Position numbers and translations under genes: made by a program. Below, piece by piece: positions 1 to 9,838 of a stretch of 42,512 bases of DNA. The stretch is taken from NCBI GenBank assembly GCA_038078735.1, contig JBBTTI010000040.1, positions 1 through 42,512 of the forward strand. The letters run 5' to 3'. The notes beneath the pieces are model-generated. The model saw only the letters and a list, made by a program, of their open reading frames with translations. It did no database searches and had not been told where the DNA came from. Each line of letters begins with the position of its first letter. Within the stretch, counting starts at the first letter, position 1. Origin of the DNA: Patescibacteria group bacterium. GTDB taxonomy: Bacteria; Patescibacteriota; Minisyncoccia; Minisyncoccales; CAZWNE01.

Positions 1-1
1 A

Positions 2-232
2 AGCTTAGGAGATGAAGTTGAAGTTGCTACCTTGGAAGGCTCCAAGATTTTATTAAAAATTCCCGAGGGCATGGAATCGGGAAGGATCCTTCGGATTTCC
101 GACAAAGGTATTCCTCATTTTTCAGGTTATGGAAGGGGAAATATGTATGTTGAATTAGTTATCAAGACGCCAAAAAAATTAACCAAAAAACAGAAAGAAT
201 TACTGGAGCGGTTGAAAGAAGAGGGGATATAA
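2..232 (+). CDS. dnaJ: Chaperone DnaJ, C-terminal fragment (5' end outside window)
   Basis: Frame is open from base 2: SLGDEVEVATLEG...KIPEG..SG..LRI..KGIP...GRGNMYV......P.KL...QKELL, a typical DnaJ C-terminal domain. Confidence 0.85.
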   Translation, partial: SLGDEVEVATLEGSKILLKIPEGMESGRILRISDKGIPHFSGYGRGNMYVELVIKTPKKLTKKQKELLERLKEEGI

Positions 233-237
233 AATTT

Positions 238-313
238 GCCCCCATAGCTTTACTCGCCATAGGCGGGTCAATGGCGAGGCAATTCTCCGCCAAAGGCGGA
301 TAAACCTTTTAAG
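238..313 (+). pseudogene. Degenerate 5' half of a tRNA-Lys-like gene carrying two hairpin insertions
   Basis: GCCCCCATAGCT[TTACTCGCCATAGGCGGGT]CAATGGCGAGGCAATTC[TCCGCCAAAGGCGGATAAA]CCTTTTAAG aligns to the 5' half of the tRNA at 456-528 once the bracketed hairpins are removed. Confidence 0.55.
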
Positions 314-317
314 TTTA

Positions 318-443
318 TATCGCGGTCCATTCGATTTAATGTATTACGAAAAAGTAGAAAATAGCAGGATAGCTCGAGAACGAGAAAAATATTTAAAAAG
401 TGGAATAGGCAGAGAATTTTTGAAGAACTTTATACAAAATTAA
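318..443 (+). pseudogene. C-terminal remnant of a small GIY-YIG nuclease-family protein
   Basis: Translates YRGPFDLMYYEKVENSRIAREREKYLKSGIGREFLKNFIQN*, matching the P(F/W)xLxYxE...A..RE..LKSG.GR tail of short GIY-YIG proteins. The N-terminal GIY-YIG motif is absent. Confidence 0.65.
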
Positions 444-455
444 AAATATCAACAT

Positions 456-528
456 GGGCCCGTAGCTCAACTGGTAGAGCAATTCCCTTTTAAGGAAGAG
501 GTTCCGGGTTCGATTCCCGGCAGGCCCA
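456..528 (+). tRNA. tRNA-Lys (anticodon TTT), CCA not encoded
   Basis: Cloverleaf GGGCCCG TA GCTC AACTGGTA GAGC A ATTCC CTTTTAA GGAAG AGGTT CCGGG TTCGATT CCCGG CAGGCCC A. One C:A acceptor-stem mismatch and one A:G at the top of the anticodon stem. Confidence 0.92.
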
Positions 529-538
529 CTATAAGTTT

Positions 539-563
539 ATGTTAGACGCTAAGCGTCTAACAT
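539..563. repeat. 25-bp palindrome ATGTTAGACGCT-A-AGCGTCTAACAT
   Basis: Perfect 12-bp arms. A related copy lies at 9927-9951. Confidence 0.8.
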
Positions 564-565
564 CC

Positions 566-653
566 CAATTCTCCGCCAAAGGCGGATAAACCTTTTAAGG
601 AAGAGGTTCCGGGTTCCCTGCCTGCCGGCAGGCAGGGATTCCCGGCAGGCCCA
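566..653 (+). pseudogene. Duplicated 3' two-thirds of tRNA-Lys interrupted by two palindromic inserts
   Basis: Identical to tRNA 480-528 except for inserts TCCGCCAAAGGCGGATAAA (572-590) and the perfect palindrome CCTGCCTGCCGGCAGGCAGG (617-636, in the T-loop). Confidence 0.85.
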
Positions 654-668
654 CAGTGGAAAACTTTC

Positions 669-698
669 TTGACAGAGTGTTGAGTAAACAATTATAAT
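669..698 (+). promoter_or_regulatory. Sigma70-like promoter
   Basis: TTGACA-18 nt-TATAAT, ending 8 nt before ATG 707 (possibly leaderless or near-leaderless). Confidence 0.65.
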
Positions 699-706
699 AA
701 ACTAAC

Positions 707-961
707 ATGAACAAAAAAACACTCGTCATAATAATCGCAATCGTCTCAATAATAACCTTAAGCGTCGGAGGTTATTTTTATTGGCATAAAAAAAATATTT
801 CAAAGAAGACCGAAACCGCATCGCCGGCGGAAAAAATAATTGATAACGCTGTAAAGGGTGTTTTGCCTTCTTTGGGAACAAGTCCGCTTGAAAATAAGCC
901 TGATATTAATCCGGCCGATAAAGCCAACCCGTATAAAAATATTAAAACTAATCCTTTTTAG
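707..961 (+). CDS. Small membrane-anchored hypothetical protein
   Basis: 84 aa with an N-terminal hydrophobic helix and a consensus promoter upstream. Confidence 0.75.
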   Translation: MNKKTLVIIIAIVSIITLSVGGYFYWHKKNISKKTETASPAEKIIDNAVKGVLPSLGTSPLENKPDINPADKANPYKNIKTNPF

Positions 962-962
962 T

Positions 963-2459
963 ATGAAGATGAAATATTTTATCAGTTTCGTTATTTCGAT
1001 TATTGCCGTAGCCGGTTTTATTAATTTAGTGAAAGCCAATGATATTCAATATCCGGTAAACGAATTGGGTGGCTGTAAGAGCCAGGCGGATTGTAAATCT
1101 TATTGCGACAAGCCGAAAAATACGAAAGCTTGTTTAAATTTTGCTGAAAAAAATAATTTGATGTCGGAAGAAGATATCCAGTTGGCCAAAAATTTTATAG
1201 CAGCGGGGAGTAAGGGTCCGGGTGGCTGTGCTGGTAAAGATAGTTGCGAACAATATTGCAACGACATAAGCCACATAGACGAATGTATTTCGTTTGCCGA
1301 GAAAAATGATTTAATGCCACCTAAGGAATTAGAAGAAGCGAAAAAAGTTCAAGCAGCTATAACTAGAGGAGTTAAACCGCCGCCTTGCGGCAATAAAAAA
1401 GCCTGTGACGTTTATTGTGGAGAAACAGATCATATGGAGGAATGCATCAATTTCGGTAAAGAGGCTGGTTTTATCCAAGGCAAAGAATTGGAAGATGTCG
1501 AGAAAATGCTACAAGCGGTTAAGAGGGGAGTCAAGCCGCCACCTTGTAACGGGAAAGAAGCGTGCGACGAGTATTGCAATAACTCCGACAATATGGAAGT
1601 TTGTATTAATTTTGCCATGGAAGCGGGATTTATGAACGATCAAGAAAAAGCTGATTCTCAAAAAATGTTGGCGGCAGTCAAAAAGGGCGTGAAGCCGCCG
1701 AACTGCAGAGGCAAAGAAGATTGCGATGTTTATTGCGGACAAGACGATCATTTTGAAGAGTGCACTAATTTTGCCATAGCCGCTGGCTTCGTATCAGAGG
1801 AAGACGCTGAAATGATCCGCAAAACAGGCGGCAAGGGGCCGGGCGGTTGTAAGGGTAAAGATGAGTGTGAAGCGTTTTGCAATAATCCTGATAATCAAGA
1901 AACTTGTTTTAATTTCGGCAGAGATAACGGACTGATACCGGAAGAAGATCTGAAAAAAATGGAAGAAGGTAAACAACAAATGATGGATGCTTTGAACCAG
2001 GCGCCGCCGGAAGTGATCGACTGTATTGGTTCTCGGGTGGGACTAGATTTGGTTGAGAAACTGCGAAATGGCACGGGCATGCCATCGCGAGAAATCGGTG
2101 ACACTATGCAGGCCTGTTTTCAGGAAATGAATAATGGTCCGGGAATGGGCCCAAGCAGTGACACTATTCCAGAACCTTGGCAAGAAGGACAGCCCAAAGG
2201 AGACGAAATAATGCCGCCCAAACAAACTGGTCCCGGCGGTTGCCAGTCTGAAGAGGAATGCCAATCTTATTGTGCAGCTAATCCTCAAGAGTGCGGCGCG
2301 CCAGCCGAAGGGCAATTTCAACAAGCGCCGCCAGAAGGACAAATGCCTCCGACCGAACAGTTTAATCCTCCACCAACAACCGAACAATCTCCGCCCCAAT
2401 CGTTCTTGGATAAAGCCAAAGATTGGTTGGCTGGCGCTGGTTTTTTGATCAAAAAATAA
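963..2459 (+). CDS. Exported cysteine-rich repeat protein
   Basis: Likely start ATG 963 (MKMKYFISF, signal-peptide-like). Six ~50-aa repeats with C-x5-C-x3-C-x8-C, a partial seventh, and a P/Q-rich tail. Confidence 0.85.
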   Translation: MKMKYFISFVISIIAVAGFINLVKANDIQYPVNELGGCKSQADCKSYCDKPKNTKACLNFAEKNNLMSEEDIQLAKNFIAAGSKGPGGCAGKDSCEQYCNDISHIDECISFAEKNDLMPPKELEEAKKVQAAITRGVKPPPCGNKKACDVYCGETDHMEECINFGKEAGFIQGKELEDVEKMLQAVKRGVKPPPCNGKEACDEYCNNSDNMEVCINFAMEAGFMNDQEKADSQKMLAAVKKGVKPPNCRGKEDCDVYCGQDDHFEECTNFAIAAGFVSEEDAEMIRKTGGKGPGGCKGKDECEAFCNNPDNQETCFNFGRDNGLIPEEDLKKMEEGKQQMMDALNQAPPEVIDCIGSRVGLDLVEKLRNGTGMPSREIGDTMQACFQEMNNGPGMGPSSDTIPEPWQEGQPKGDEIMPPKQTGPGGCQSEEECQSYCAANPQECGAPAEGQFQQAPPEGQMPPTEQFNPPPTTEQSPPQSFLDKAKDWLAGAGFLIKK

Positions 2460-2483
2460 TTTAAGATAAGCTGTCTTTAAAAT

Positions 2484-2515
2484 CCGTCCCTTGCTCAGGG
2501 GCGGTTTTGTTTTTT
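2484..2515 (+). terminator. Rho-independent terminator
   Basis: Stem CCGTCCCT/AGGGGCGG followed by TTTTGTTTTTT. Confidence 0.6.
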
Positions 2516-2551
2516 AATAAATCTGCTAAAATAAATATAGAGAGATAAATA

Positions 2552-2568
2552 CGGAGAACCGTTCTCCG
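2552..2568. repeat. REP-like palindrome CGGAGAAC-C-GTTCTCCG, copy 1 (upstream of RAYT)
   Basis: Identical 17-mer at 2552-2568, 2776-2792 and 3297-3313. Confidence 0.85.
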
Positions 2569-2584
2569 TTAATTTTTATCAATT

Positions 2585-3286
2585 ATGCCAATTAAGCGAC
2601 CACAATTAGTTAATAACGAAATTTACCATATTGTAATCAGGGGAGCAGGAGATTCATTAATTTTTAAAAATGAAGACGATCGTTATCGTGCGATTTTTTC
2701 TCTTTATGAATTTAATACTAAGGGTTCAATAGAAATTAGAGAGCAGAGAAAAAAGCGTAAAATAATTAAAGCCTCCGGAGAACCGTTCTCCGATAATCGC
2801 AAACTATTAGTGGAAATTTGGGCTTTTTGGTTTATGTCAAATCACATCCATTTACTTTTAAAGCAGAAAAAAGATGGGGGGATCTCAGAATTTGTAAAAA
2901 AATTTGGCGCAGGTTATGTTGGTTATTTTAATAAAAAACACAATAGAAAAGGTCCTCTTTTTGCAAAATTTAGAGCAGTTCACATTAAAGATGATAAGCA
3001 GTTAATAACAGTCTTTGTTTATATTCATACTAATGGCATATCTTTAATAGAATCTAAATGGAAAGAGAGGGGGATTAGCAACCCCAAAAAAGTAATTGAA
3101 TTTTTAGAAAATTATAAATGGTCAAGCTTCCAAGATTATATAGGAAAAAAGAATTTTCCTTCGGTAACCAGTAGGGAGTTTTTATTGAACATAATGGGCG
3201 GCGAAAAGGGTTGTAAGGAAATTATTGATGATTTTGTAAGATATAAAAAAACTTTTAAGGGTTTCGATGAGGTTATTTTAGAATAA
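2585..3286 (+). mobile_element. REP-associated tyrosine transposase (RAYT, IS200/Y1 HUH family)
   Basis: Motifs YHIVIRG, MSNHIHLL (HUH), YFNKKH.RKG.LF, YIHTN and YKWSS. Flanked on both sides by the same palindrome. Confidence 0.85.
2776..2792. repeat. REP-like palindrome copy 2 (in-frame inside RAYT, SGEPFSD)
   Basis: Exact 17-mer match. Confidence 0.85.
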
Positions 3287-3296
3287 CCGAGAACAT

Positions 3297-3313
3297 CGGA
3301 GAACCGTTCTCCG
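3297..3313. repeat. REP-like palindrome copy 3 (downstream of RAYT)
   Basis: Exact 17-mer match. Confidence 0.85.
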
Positions 3314-3383
3314 TATTTTGTTGACAAAATAAGTTTATTTGTTAATCTCAAATTAGCTCTTCAAAAGAGCGTAAGGAGGAAAT

Positions 3384-3662
3384 ATGTTAGCTTGGCAGGG
3401 TTATAGTGATGGCTCGGGAGACTATTACATTAAAACAACGACGGAAAAGTGCAATGCCTGTGGTGAGTGTGTCAAGGTATGTCCGGCGAAGGTTTTTGAA
3501 GTTATCGAGAATGATTATGGTGATAGTGTCGCCCTAGTCAAGGATGACAAAAAGAAAAATATCAAATATCTTTGCAGCGGACAGTGCAAGCCAAACGCTA
3601 ATAGACCGCCATTACCGTGTGTAGTGGTCTGTAAGCCGGGGGCCATAGAACATACTTGGTGA
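3384..3662 (+). CDS. 4Fe-4S dicluster-type ferredoxin
   Basis: CNACGECVKVCP and C-x3-C...PCVVVCKPGAI motifs, with an AAGGAGG RBS. Confidence 0.8.
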   Translation: MLAWQGYSDGSGDYYIKTTTEKCNACGECVKVCPAKVFEVIENDYGDSVALVKDDKKKNIKYLCSGQCKPNANRPPLPCVVVCKPGAIEHTW

Positions 3663-3678
3663 ACTGGCAATTATGTCT

Positions 3679-3709
3679 CGGGCCGATCTTGTGTCGGCCC
3701 GCTTTTTTT
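3679..3709 (+). terminator. Rho-independent terminator
   Basis: CGGGCCGA/TCGGCCCG stem followed by T7. Confidence 0.75.
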
Positions 3710-3723
3710 GGTATAAATACTAT

Positions 3724-4941
3724 ATGTTTAAATCTGCGAGAAAAAGTATTTTTTTATTTTCCAGTTTAGTTTTAATTGCCGTTATATTCGCGGGAGGTTA
3801 TTTTTTCGGCCAATCCAGCGTTAAGCCGGAGATTATTTTTGGCGTTCAAAATCCGGAATTAGGCCAGCCGGCAGGCGCTGATTTTTCAATTTTTTGGGAC
3901 GCTTGGTCAAAATTACAGGCAAAATTCGTTAATAACGATAAGATGGATTTTCAAAAAATGATTTATGGCGCTGTCTCGGGTATGGTAAAGTCTTTAGACG
4001 ATCCTTATACGGTATTTTTTCCGCCGACAGAAAATAAAAAATTTCAAGATGAAATTAAAGGCTCTTTTGAAGGAGTGGGTATGGAGGTAGGAATTAAAAA
4101 AAATCAACTGCAGGTTGTTTCACCGATAGAGGGAAGCCCGGCTCAAAAAGCCGGATTAAGAGCCGGAGATAAAATTTTATTAATAAACAGCACTTCTACA
4201 TCCGACATGTCTTTGGAAGAAGCGGTTAATTTAATAAGAGGACCGAAGGGAACACGGGTAGCTTTGACGGTTATACGGCAGGGCTGGGATAAATCTAAAG
4301 AAATTAAAATTACCAGAGATGTTATCCAAGTCCCTTCTTTGAAATTGGAGTTTAAAGATGACGGCAAAATTGCTTATATCAAGCTTTCTCAATTTTCCGC
4401 TAAAGCGGGTAATGAGTTTGCCCAAGCGGCGGTGCAAATTTTAAACAGCCAAGCGGAAAAAATTATTTTAGATTTAAGAAATAACCCCGGGGGATATTTG
4501 GAAATTTCCCAAGATATCGCCGGCTGGTTTCTGTCTCCGGGTCAGATTGTAACAATTGAAGATTTCGCCGGCAAACAGGAGCAAAAAATTTACAAAGCTC
4601 AAGGCAATTATTGGCTGGAAAAATATCCTTTAGTAATTTTAATCAATCAAGGATCAGCTTCAGCATCCGAAATTTTAGCCGGCGCCCTAAGAGATGATAG
4701 GGGAATAAAATTAATTGGAGAAAAATCTTTTGGCAAAGGCTCGGTGCAGGAATTGGAAGAGTTAAAGGGCAGTTCTTCTTTAAAAATTACTGTAGCCCAT
4801 TGGTTGACCCCGAAAGGCCAGCTTATTTCCGAAATCGGATTGGAGCCGGATATTAAAATAGAAATAACGGAAAAAGATTATGAAAACGAAAAAGATCCCC
4901 AATTAGATAAAGCCCTTGAAATAATTAAAGAAATAAAATAG
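3724..4941 (+). CDS. Carboxyl-terminal processing protease, S41 family (CtpA-like)
   Basis: N-terminal TM, PDZ domain (GVG..V..PI.GSPA.KAG), [15 protein letters not shown] and [11 protein letters not shown] 3724 is preferred because 3673 overlaps the terminator. Confidence 0.92.
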   Translation: MFKSARKSIFLFSSLVLIAVIFAGGYFFGQSSVKPEIIFGVQNPELGQPAGADFSIFWDAWSKLQAKFVNNDKMDFQKMIYGAVSGMVKSLDDPYTVFFPPTENKKFQDEIKGSFEGVGMEVGIKKNQLQVVSPIEGSPAQKAGLRAGDKILLINSTSTSDMSLEEAVNLIRGPKGTRVALTVIRQGWDKSKEIKITRDVIQVPSLKLEFKDDGKIAYIKLSQFSAKAGNEFAQAAVQILNSQAEKIILDLRNNPGGYLEISQDIAGWFLSPGQIVTIEDFAGKQEQKIYKAQGNYWLEKYPLVILINQGSASASEILAGALRDDRGIKLIGEKSFGKGSVQELEELKGSSSLKITVAHWLTPKGQLISEIGLEPDIKIEITEKDYENEKDPQLDKALEIIKEIK

Positions 4942-4951
4942 AATAAGCAGT

Positions 4952-5401
4952 ATGAAAGTTATCTTGCTTAAGGATGTGGAAAAAATTGGAAAGAAGCATG
5001 AGATTAAAGAAGTGGCTCAAGGATTCGCCAGGAATTTTTTAATTCCCAATAGCCTTGCTAAAATTGCCACCAAAGAAGCTTTAATTTGGTTAGAAACTCA
5101 AAAAGAAATTGAAGCGAAAAAAGCAGAGGGTGAATTAAAAATATTCCAAGATAAAGCTACGGCTTTGGACGGCCAAGAAATAACCATGATTGCCAAGGCG
5201 GGAGACGAGGGTCAAATGTTTGAGTCAATCAATGCCGTAAAAATTGCCGAAAAATTAAAGGAGGCTGGTTTTGAAATTAAAAAAAGCCAGATTGTTTTAG
5301 AGGAGCCAATTAAAATATTTGGCGAGTTTCCGGTAAAAATTAAACTTGAACATAATTTAGAAGCGGAGATAAAAGTCATAATTACCGAAGATAAGCTATA
5401 G
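4952..5401 (+). CDS. rplI: 50S ribosomal protein L9
   Basis: [12 protein letters not shown]...[11 protein letters not shown], 149 aa. Confidence 0.96.
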   Translation: MKVILLKDVEKIGKKHEIKEVAQGFARNFLIPNSLAKIATKEALIWLETQKEIEAKKAEGELKIFQDKATALDGQEITMIAKAGDEGQMFESINAVKIAEKLKEAGFEIKKSQIVLEEPIKIFGEFPVKIKLEHNLEAEIKVIITEDKL

Positions 5402-5402
5402 C

Positions 5403-7049
5403 ATGGCTAGATATATTTTTGTGGCTGGCGGGGTGATGTCCGGGATTGGTAAAGGGGTGACAACAGCTTCAATCGGAAAAATTCTGCAAAGCAAAGGGTT
5501 CAAAGTAACCGCCGTTAAAATCGATCCTTATGTTAATATGGACGCCGGGACGATGAATCCGATAGAACACGGCGAGGTTTTTGTGACTGACGACGGGACC
5601 GAATGCGACCAAGATGTAGGGAATTACGAAAGATTTTTGGGAGAAAATTTAACTACAGATAACTATATTACCACCGGACGAATTTACGATACGGTTATTC
5701 GCAAAGAAAGAAATTTGGAATACGGCGGGAAATGCGTTGAAGTTGTGCCGGATATTCCGAACGAGGTAATTTTTCGCATTAAAAAAGCGGCTAAAATTTC
5801 AAGGGCCGATTTTGTTTTAATTGAAATCGGCGGAACGGTGGGGGAGTATCAGAATCTTTTATTTTTGGAAGCGGCCAGAATGATGCGCCTGCAAGAACCT
5901 CAAAATATTCTTTTTGTTTTAATCAGTTATTTGCCGGTGCCGGAAATGATCGGGGAAATGAAAACTAAACCTACTCAGACGGCCGTGCGGCTTTTAAACG
6001 AAGCGGGCATCCAACCGGATATAATAGTGGCCAGATCAAGGATTCCGGCAGATAATATTCGAAAAAGAAAAATTTCTACTTTTTGCAATGTTCACGAAGA
6101 AGATGTTATTTCTGCGCCGGACGTTGAGTCAATATACGATATTCCGATTAATTTTGAAAAAGATAATTTAGGAAAAATAATTTTAAAAAAATTTAATTTG
6201 CGGCCGAGAAAGAAAAATCTTAATGATTGGCGAAGATTAGCAGAGATAATAAAAAATACAAAAAAGAAAGTTAAAATCGGCATCGTCGGTAAATATTTTG
6301 AAACAGGCAGTTTTACTTTAGCTGATTCTTATATTTCAGTTATTGAAGCGGTAAAACACGCTGCCTTTTTCCATAAAGTAAGGCCGGAATTAACCTGGTT
6401 ATCTTCGGAAATTTATGAAAAAACTCCGGCAAAATTAAAGGAACTTAAAAGTTTTGACGGTATTATCGTCCCCGGAGGGTTCGGAAGCAGGGGAGTGGAG
6501 GGAAAAATAAAAACCATTGAATATTGCCGGAAAAATAAAATTCCTTATCTGGGTTTATGCTATGGTATGCAACTGGCGGTAGTGGAATTTGCCAGGAATA
6601 TTTGTCAGATGAAGGATGCTAATACTACAGAAATTATTAAACATTCTAAGTATCCGGTGATTGATGTTATGCCGGAGCAAAAAATTCTTTTACAGGAAAA
6701 AAGATACGGGGCAACTATGCGATTAGGCGCTTATCCTTGTTCGCTTCGAAAAGGCACAAAAGCTTATCTGGCTTATTCCAAAGCTAATTGGGGCAAGAAA
6801 AATAAAAAGGAAGAGATTTTAATCACTGAACGTCATCGCCACCGTTATGAGCTTAATAATGAGTTTAGAAAAGACTTAGAAGCTAAAGGATTAGTAATGT
6901 CCGGGATAAATCCGGAAAGGGATTTAGTGGAGATAATTGAGCTTAAAAACCATCCTTTTTTCATTGCTTCTCAATTTCACCCCGAACTAAAATCCAGGCC
7001 ATTAGACCCGCACCCTTTATTTAGAGAATTTATTAAAGCGTGTCTTTAG
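5403..7049 (+). CDS. pyrG: CTP synthase
   Basis: [49 protein letters not shown] and QFHPE. Confidence 0.97.
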   Translation: MARYIFVAGGVMSGIGKGVTTASIGKILQSKGFKVTAVKIDPYVNMDAGTMNPIEHGEVFVTDDGTECDQDVGNYERFLGENLTTDNYITTGRIYDTVIRKERNLEYGGKCVEVVPDIPNEVIFRIKKAAKISRADFVLIEIGGTVGEYQNLLFLEAARMMRLQEPQNILFVLISYLPVPEMIGEMKTKPTQTAVRLLNEAGIQPDIIVARSRIPADNIRKRKISTFCNVHEEDVISAPDVESIYDIPINFEKDNLGKIILKKFNLRPRKKNLNDWRRLAEIIKNTKKKVKIGIVGKYFETGSFTLADSYISVIEAVKHAAFFHKVRPELTWLSSEIYEKTPAKLKELKSFDGIIVPGGFGSRGVEGKIKTIEYCRKNKIPYLGLCYGMQLAVVEFARNICQMKDANTTEIIKHSKYPVIDVMPEQKILLQEKRYGATMRLGAYPCSLRKGTKAYLAYSKANWGKKNKKEEILITERHRHRYELNNEFRKDLEAKGLVMSGINPERDLVEIIELKNHPFFIASQFHPELKSRPLDPHPLFREFIKACL

Positions 7050-7317
7050 TCACTTCGACAATTTTTGAAATTCGCTGAGACCCGTCATACTTTTTTATTT
7101 TTTTTGTAGTAAAGCGGACAGTGCCTGCTTCCAAAGCAAAAAGAGTGTCGTCGCCTCCTCGACCGACATTTTTTCCCGCTCTGAACTTAGTTCCCCGTTG
7201 GCGAATCAAAATTTGGCCAGCTTTAGTTTTCTGACCGTGAGAAAGTTTTATTCCTAAATATTTTGGCTGAGAGTCCCTGCCTAAGCTAGATGACGCAGCC
7301 GATTTACTTTTTGCCAT
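7033..7317 (-). CDS. rpmA: 50S ribosomal protein L27
   Basis: [36 protein letters not shown]. Confidence 0.95.
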   Translation of the reverse strand: MAKSKSAASSSLGRDSQPKYLGIKLSHGQKTKAGQILIRQRGTKFRAGKNVGRGGDDTLFALEAGTVRFTTKKIKKYDGSQRISKIVEVTKDTL

Positions 7318-7355
7318 GGGTTTATGTTAGCAAAAATAAAAAATATAGTCAATTT

Positions 7356-8279
7356 ATGCCTGTAGCAATTATTGGGGCCGGAATAGCCGGGTTATATCTG
7401 GCTTGGAAATTATCTGAAAAGGGAGAGGTTGTGACGGTTTTTGAGAAAAGAGAAAAAATCGGCAAAGAGGTTTGTTCAGGCCTTTTTTCTGATAGAATTT
7501 TAAAATTTATTCCCCAGAGTAAAAGTTTAATCCAAAATCAAATTGACTATACCTTAATCCATTTTCCTAAAAAAACACTAAAAATAAAATTTTCCCGGCC
7601 ATTTTTTGTTATGAATCACGCGGAGCTGGATAATTTAACGGCGGAACTAGCAAAAGCGGCCGGCGCCAAAATTGTTTTAAACCGAAATGCGTTGATGTCA
7701 GACATGTCTGACATCATTATCGGTTGCGACGGAGCTATATCTGAAACAAGAAAGAGCTTAGGATTAAAAGATCCCGAATTTTATTTAGGCATTCAAGGGA
7801 CAGAAAAAAAACAAAATTTATCAAACTATGTAGAAACATGGCCAACTAAAAATGGTTTTATTTGGAAAATTCCACGAGGAAGCGTTACGGAATGGGGGAT
7901 AATGGAAAAACCGGAAATAGCGAAAAATATCTTCAATAATTTTTTGAATAAAAATAATCTTAAGATAGAAGACATAAAATCGGCTTTAATTCCGCAGGGT
8001 TTAATTATCCCTAAAAATCCAACAATTACTCTTTGTGGTGATGCGGCCGGATTAACTAAACCTTGGTCAGGCGGAGGCGTAATCTGGGGCTTGACCGCCG
8101 CCAGCTTGCTCTTGAAAAAATTCCCAAATTTTATAAGATATCAAAAGGAGGTAAAATCCTTATTTTTACCTAAAATTATCCTTTCAAAATTGGCTAAAAA
8201 GCTGATTTATTTTTTAGGATTTAATCTCCCTTGGTTATTACCCGAAAATTATAAAATTGAAAGCGATTTTTTATTTTAA
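7356..8279 (+). CDS. FAD-dependent oxidoreductase, geranylgeranyl reductase-like
   Basis: IIGAGIAG, K.VCSG, IIGCDG, F.WKIP and GDAAG.TKPWSGGG. Start ATG 7356 avoids overlap with rpmA. Confidence 0.75.
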   Translation: MPVAIIGAGIAGLYLAWKLSEKGEVVTVFEKREKIGKEVCSGLFSDRILKFIPQSKSLIQNQIDYTLIHFPKKTLKIKFSRPFFVMNHAELDNLTAELAKAAGAKIVLNRNALMSDMSDIIIGCDGAISETRKSLGLKDPEFYLGIQGTEKKQNLSNYVETWPTKNGFIWKIPRGSVTEWGIMEKPEIAKNIFNNFLNKNNLKIEDIKSALIPQGLIIPKNPTITLCGDAAGLTKPWSGGGVIWGLTAASLLLKKFPNFIRYQKEVKSLFLPKIILSKLAKKLIYFLGFNLPWLLPENYKIESDFLF

Positions 8280-8282
8280 ATT

Positions 8283-9146
8283 ATGTTTGATTACCATAAA
8301 AATATTGACAAAGAGCTAAAGAAATTTTTTGACAGAAAAATCAAGGAAACAAAAGATAAGTTAGCTAGAGAAACTTTAAAATTATTAAAAGAATTTTCTT
8401 TAAGACCGGGCAAACGAGGCCGAACGATTCTGGTTAATTGCGGTTATTTTTTAGCCGGGGGCAAAGATAAAAAAGAGATTTTGCAAACATCAATTTTTAT
8501 TGAATTAATCCATAACTATTTGCTTATCCATGATGATATTATTGATCGAGACAAATTAAGGCGGGGGAAGCCCACTGTGCATCAATATTATGGCGGAAAC
8601 CACTTTGGAGAATCAATGGCCATCTGTGTTGGCGATTTAGTTAATGCGTTGGGTTATGAGATATTAACTAATTCTAAATTTCCGAATAATTGTAAAATTT
8701 CAGCCTTGGAAACACTTAATAGGACAATTATCAGAACCAGCCATGGTCAGATGCTGGATCTATGGTTAAGGAGCAGAGAAATAACCGAGAAAGATGTTTT
8801 TAATATTTATCAAAACAAAACCGCTTTTTACACTTTGGTGGCTCCCTTGCAAATTGGCGCAATATTAGCCGGAGCAAAACAAGCTTTTTTAAATAAAATA
8901 GAAAAGTTTGCCTTGCCTTTAGGTGTGGCTTTCCAGATTCAAGACGATTTGTCAGATATTAAAAAAGACACTAAAGAAAACCAGCCGACTCTTTTTAGGT
9001 TGAAGGGCTCTCTTGAATATTGTCAAAAAATAATGGAAAAATTAATTAAAAAAGCAAAGAGATGTTTGAATTCCGAAAAAGAATTCCCGCAAAAAGAAAA
9101 ACAGTTTATTTTAGATTTAATTGACTCTGTTTTTAAGAAAATATGA
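8283..9146 (+). CDS. Trans-polyprenyl diphosphate synthase (IspA/GGPPS family)
   Basis: GKR.R, LIHDDIID...RRGKPT, GQ.LD, KT and FQIQDD. Confidence 0.9.
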   Translation: MFDYHKNIDKELKKFFDRKIKETKDKLARETLKLLKEFSLRPGKRGRTILVNCGYFLAGGKDKKEILQTSIFIELIHNYLLIHDDIIDRDKLRRGKPTVHQYYGGNHFGESMAICVGDLVNALGYEILTNSKFPNNCKISALETLNRTIIRTSHGQMLDLWLRSREITEKDVFNIYQNKTAFYTLVAPLQIGAILAGAKQAFLNKIEKFALPLGVAFQIQDDLSDIKKDTKENQPTLFRLKGSLEYCQKIMEKLIKKAKRCLNSEKEFPQKEKQFILDLIDSVFKKI

Positions 9147-9823
9147 AAAATATTCCTCAACATTTAGGTATAATTTTAGACGGCAATAGACGGTGGGCCA
9201 AGGAAAAAGGCCTGCCGACTTTAGTAGGCCATAGAAGAGGCCAGAAAGTTGTTGAGGACATAATAAAATTATGTGCCGAAAGAGGCATTAAAATTTTAAC
9301 TCTTTTTGTCTTTTCTACGGAAAATTGGAAGCGATCTCAGAAAGAAGTGAAATATCTTATGAAATTATTAAGTTCTGCTTTAGATAAAAAAAATATCCAG
9401 AAATTTCATAAAGACGACTTAAAAATTAAAGTGATCGGAGAAACAGAAATGTTTTCAAGTGATTTAAAGAAAAAAATAGCCGAAGCGGAAGAATTAACTG
9501 AAAATAATAAATCAATGACAGTTAATATGGCTTTGAGCTATGGCGGCAGAGCAGAGCTGACCCATGCGATCAAAAATATTATTGAAAAGAAAATTCCGGC
9601 GGAAAAAATTACCGAAGAAGTGATTTCTGAAAACCTTTGGACTTCCGATGTTGACTTTATTATTCGCACCGGAAAAGCGCAAAGAATTTCTAATTTTTTA
9701 ATTTGGCAGGCGGCTTATTCAGAACTTTATTTTTCCAATAAATATTGGCCTGATTTCACCGAACAAGATTTAGATGCGGCATTAGCCGACTATGCCTCGC
9801 GCCAACGTCGCTTCGGAAAATAA
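9143..9823 (+). CDS. uppS: Undecaprenyl diphosphate synthase (cis-prenyltransferase)
   Basis: PQHLGIILDGNRRWA, FSTENW.R, YGGR.E, RISNFLIWQ.AYSE and RRFG. Confidence 0.96.
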   Translation: MKNIPQHLGIILDGNRRWAKEKGLPTLVGHRRGQKVVEDIIKLCAERGIKILTLFVFSTENWKRSQKEVKYLMKLLSSALDKKNIQKFHKDDLKIKVIGETEMFSSDLKKKIAEAEELTENNKSMTVNMALSYGGRAELTHAIKNIIEKKIPAEKITEEVISENLWTSDVDFIIRTGKAQRISNFLIWQAAYSELYFSNKYWPDFTEQDLDAALADYASRQRRFGK

Positions 9824-9838
9824 AAAAAAGAGGTTGTA

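Noticed and set aside
963-2459. Multiheme cytochrome
   Set aside because: No CxxCH motifs.
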